This document shows positions 63,414 through 64,000 of a stretch of 64,000 nt of DNA, in pieces (positions within the stretch are counted from its first letter, which is position 1; each line of letters opens with the position of its first letter). Source of the stretch: an uncultured Chloroflexia bacterium. GTDB taxonomy: Bacteria; Chloroflexota; Anaerolineae; Anaerolineales; E44-bin32. The notes below the pieces were generated by a model. That model was not told the origin of the DNA. It did not search any database and worked only from the letters and a program-made list of their open reading frames with translations. Location of the stretch: the NCBI GenBank assembly GCA_963710255.1, contig CAVPZJ010000004.1, forward strand, positions 149,279 through 213,278. Direction: 5' to 3'. Made by a program: the position numbers and the translations under genes.

Positions 63414-64000
63414 CGAGGTGGATGATGAAGAAAACAAGCTTGAAGCACCTTGCAGTCGCCGTGTTTGTTCTGGTCAGCCTAGGTGCCTGTGGTCCGCAAG
63501 CGCTCCAGAGCGTGTTCGGCAATGCGAGCTGGATCGATAAGCCGCTTGCCAACAGCACGCTCCCGTTAGGGGCCCATGAAGTGATCTCGCATGCCAACAG
63601 CCCGGAGGGCATCGCAGCCTTCGAACTCTCGGTCGATGGCGTGCCGATCGCCATGAACGACGTCCCAGCAGATCAGTACGGGGAGAGCCTGGCGTATATT
63701 ACGCAGCTCTGGAACCCGACTGAAGCAGGGATCTATGAACTATCTATCCGGGCAATGGATGTTTCTGGGGAATACGGACCGCCGACCTCGATCATGGTCC
63801 AGGTCGTCGATGAGACCGAGGAGGAGCCGGCAGCTGCACCCACCGAGGAGGGAGTCGTGGTGGTAGAAGAACCGACGGCGGAGGCGGGCGTTTGTACCTA
63901 CGAGGCGCTGGTCAATCTCTTCTGCCGGGAGGGGTCCGATACCCGCTTCGAAGCCATCGACAGTTTCACCCCTGGTCAAACAGCGCCGGTCGTTGGGATG
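63410..64000 (+). CDS. Lipoprotein with Ig-like and SH3-like domains (3'-truncated; absent from ORF track)
   Basis: ATGA overlap with the upstream gene. My translation: MTRWMMKKTSLKHLAVAVFVLVSLGAC...WIDKPL...YELSIRAMD...NLFCREGSDTRF, open to the window end. Confidence 0.8.
   Translation, partial: MTRWMMKKTSLKHLAVAVFVLVSLGACGPQALQSVFGNASWIDKPLANSTLPLGAHEVISHANSPEGIAAFELSVDGVPIAMNDVPADQYGESLAYITQLWNPTEAGIYELSIRAMDVSGEYGPPTSIMVQVVDETEEEPAAAPTEEGVVVVEEPTAEAGVCTYEALVNLFCREGSDTRFEAIDSFTPGQTAPVVGM

Overview
GC-rich bacterial chromosomal window. The gene content (Pro/Thr-rich lipoproteins with 'NxxCRxGP' SH3-like domains, a CSLREA protein, a LysM-M23 protein) points to Anaerolineae/Chloroflexota; this is an inference. 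Many genes are split by single-base frameshifts, most likely long-read assembly errors. From left to right: a BMP-type ABC importer with a tandem two-domain binding lipoprotein; a NarL-type two-component system behind a diheme cytochrome c operon; an FHA-GGDEF cyclase; an MIO ammonia-lyase followed by a kinase/class-III PLP enzyme fusion; an aldo/keto reductase; LysM-M23; a ~9.2 kb cyclic beta-1,2-glucan synthase; an FHA membrane protein with a large secreted partner; a cluster of Cys-rich surface proteins; a MarR-MacAB-like exporter whose ATPase is a double ABC plus cNMP fusion; a CarD-like gene; MFS; GH114; a 106-bp REP array; an FGE-domain lipoprotein; and further surface proteins. Two signals stand out. 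(1) 33821-35123 is a two-gene unit: an isoprenoid-synthase-fold (ComQ-like) enzyme and an 81-aa peptide with an NHLP-clan leader ending in Trp, a candidate prenylated-peptide RiPP or pheromone system. (2) Three exact copies of TGTCACA-N16-CGTT, an ECF-sigma-type promoter, each lie upstream of a large surface-protein gene. No rRNA, tRNA, CRISPR array or transposase was recognised.
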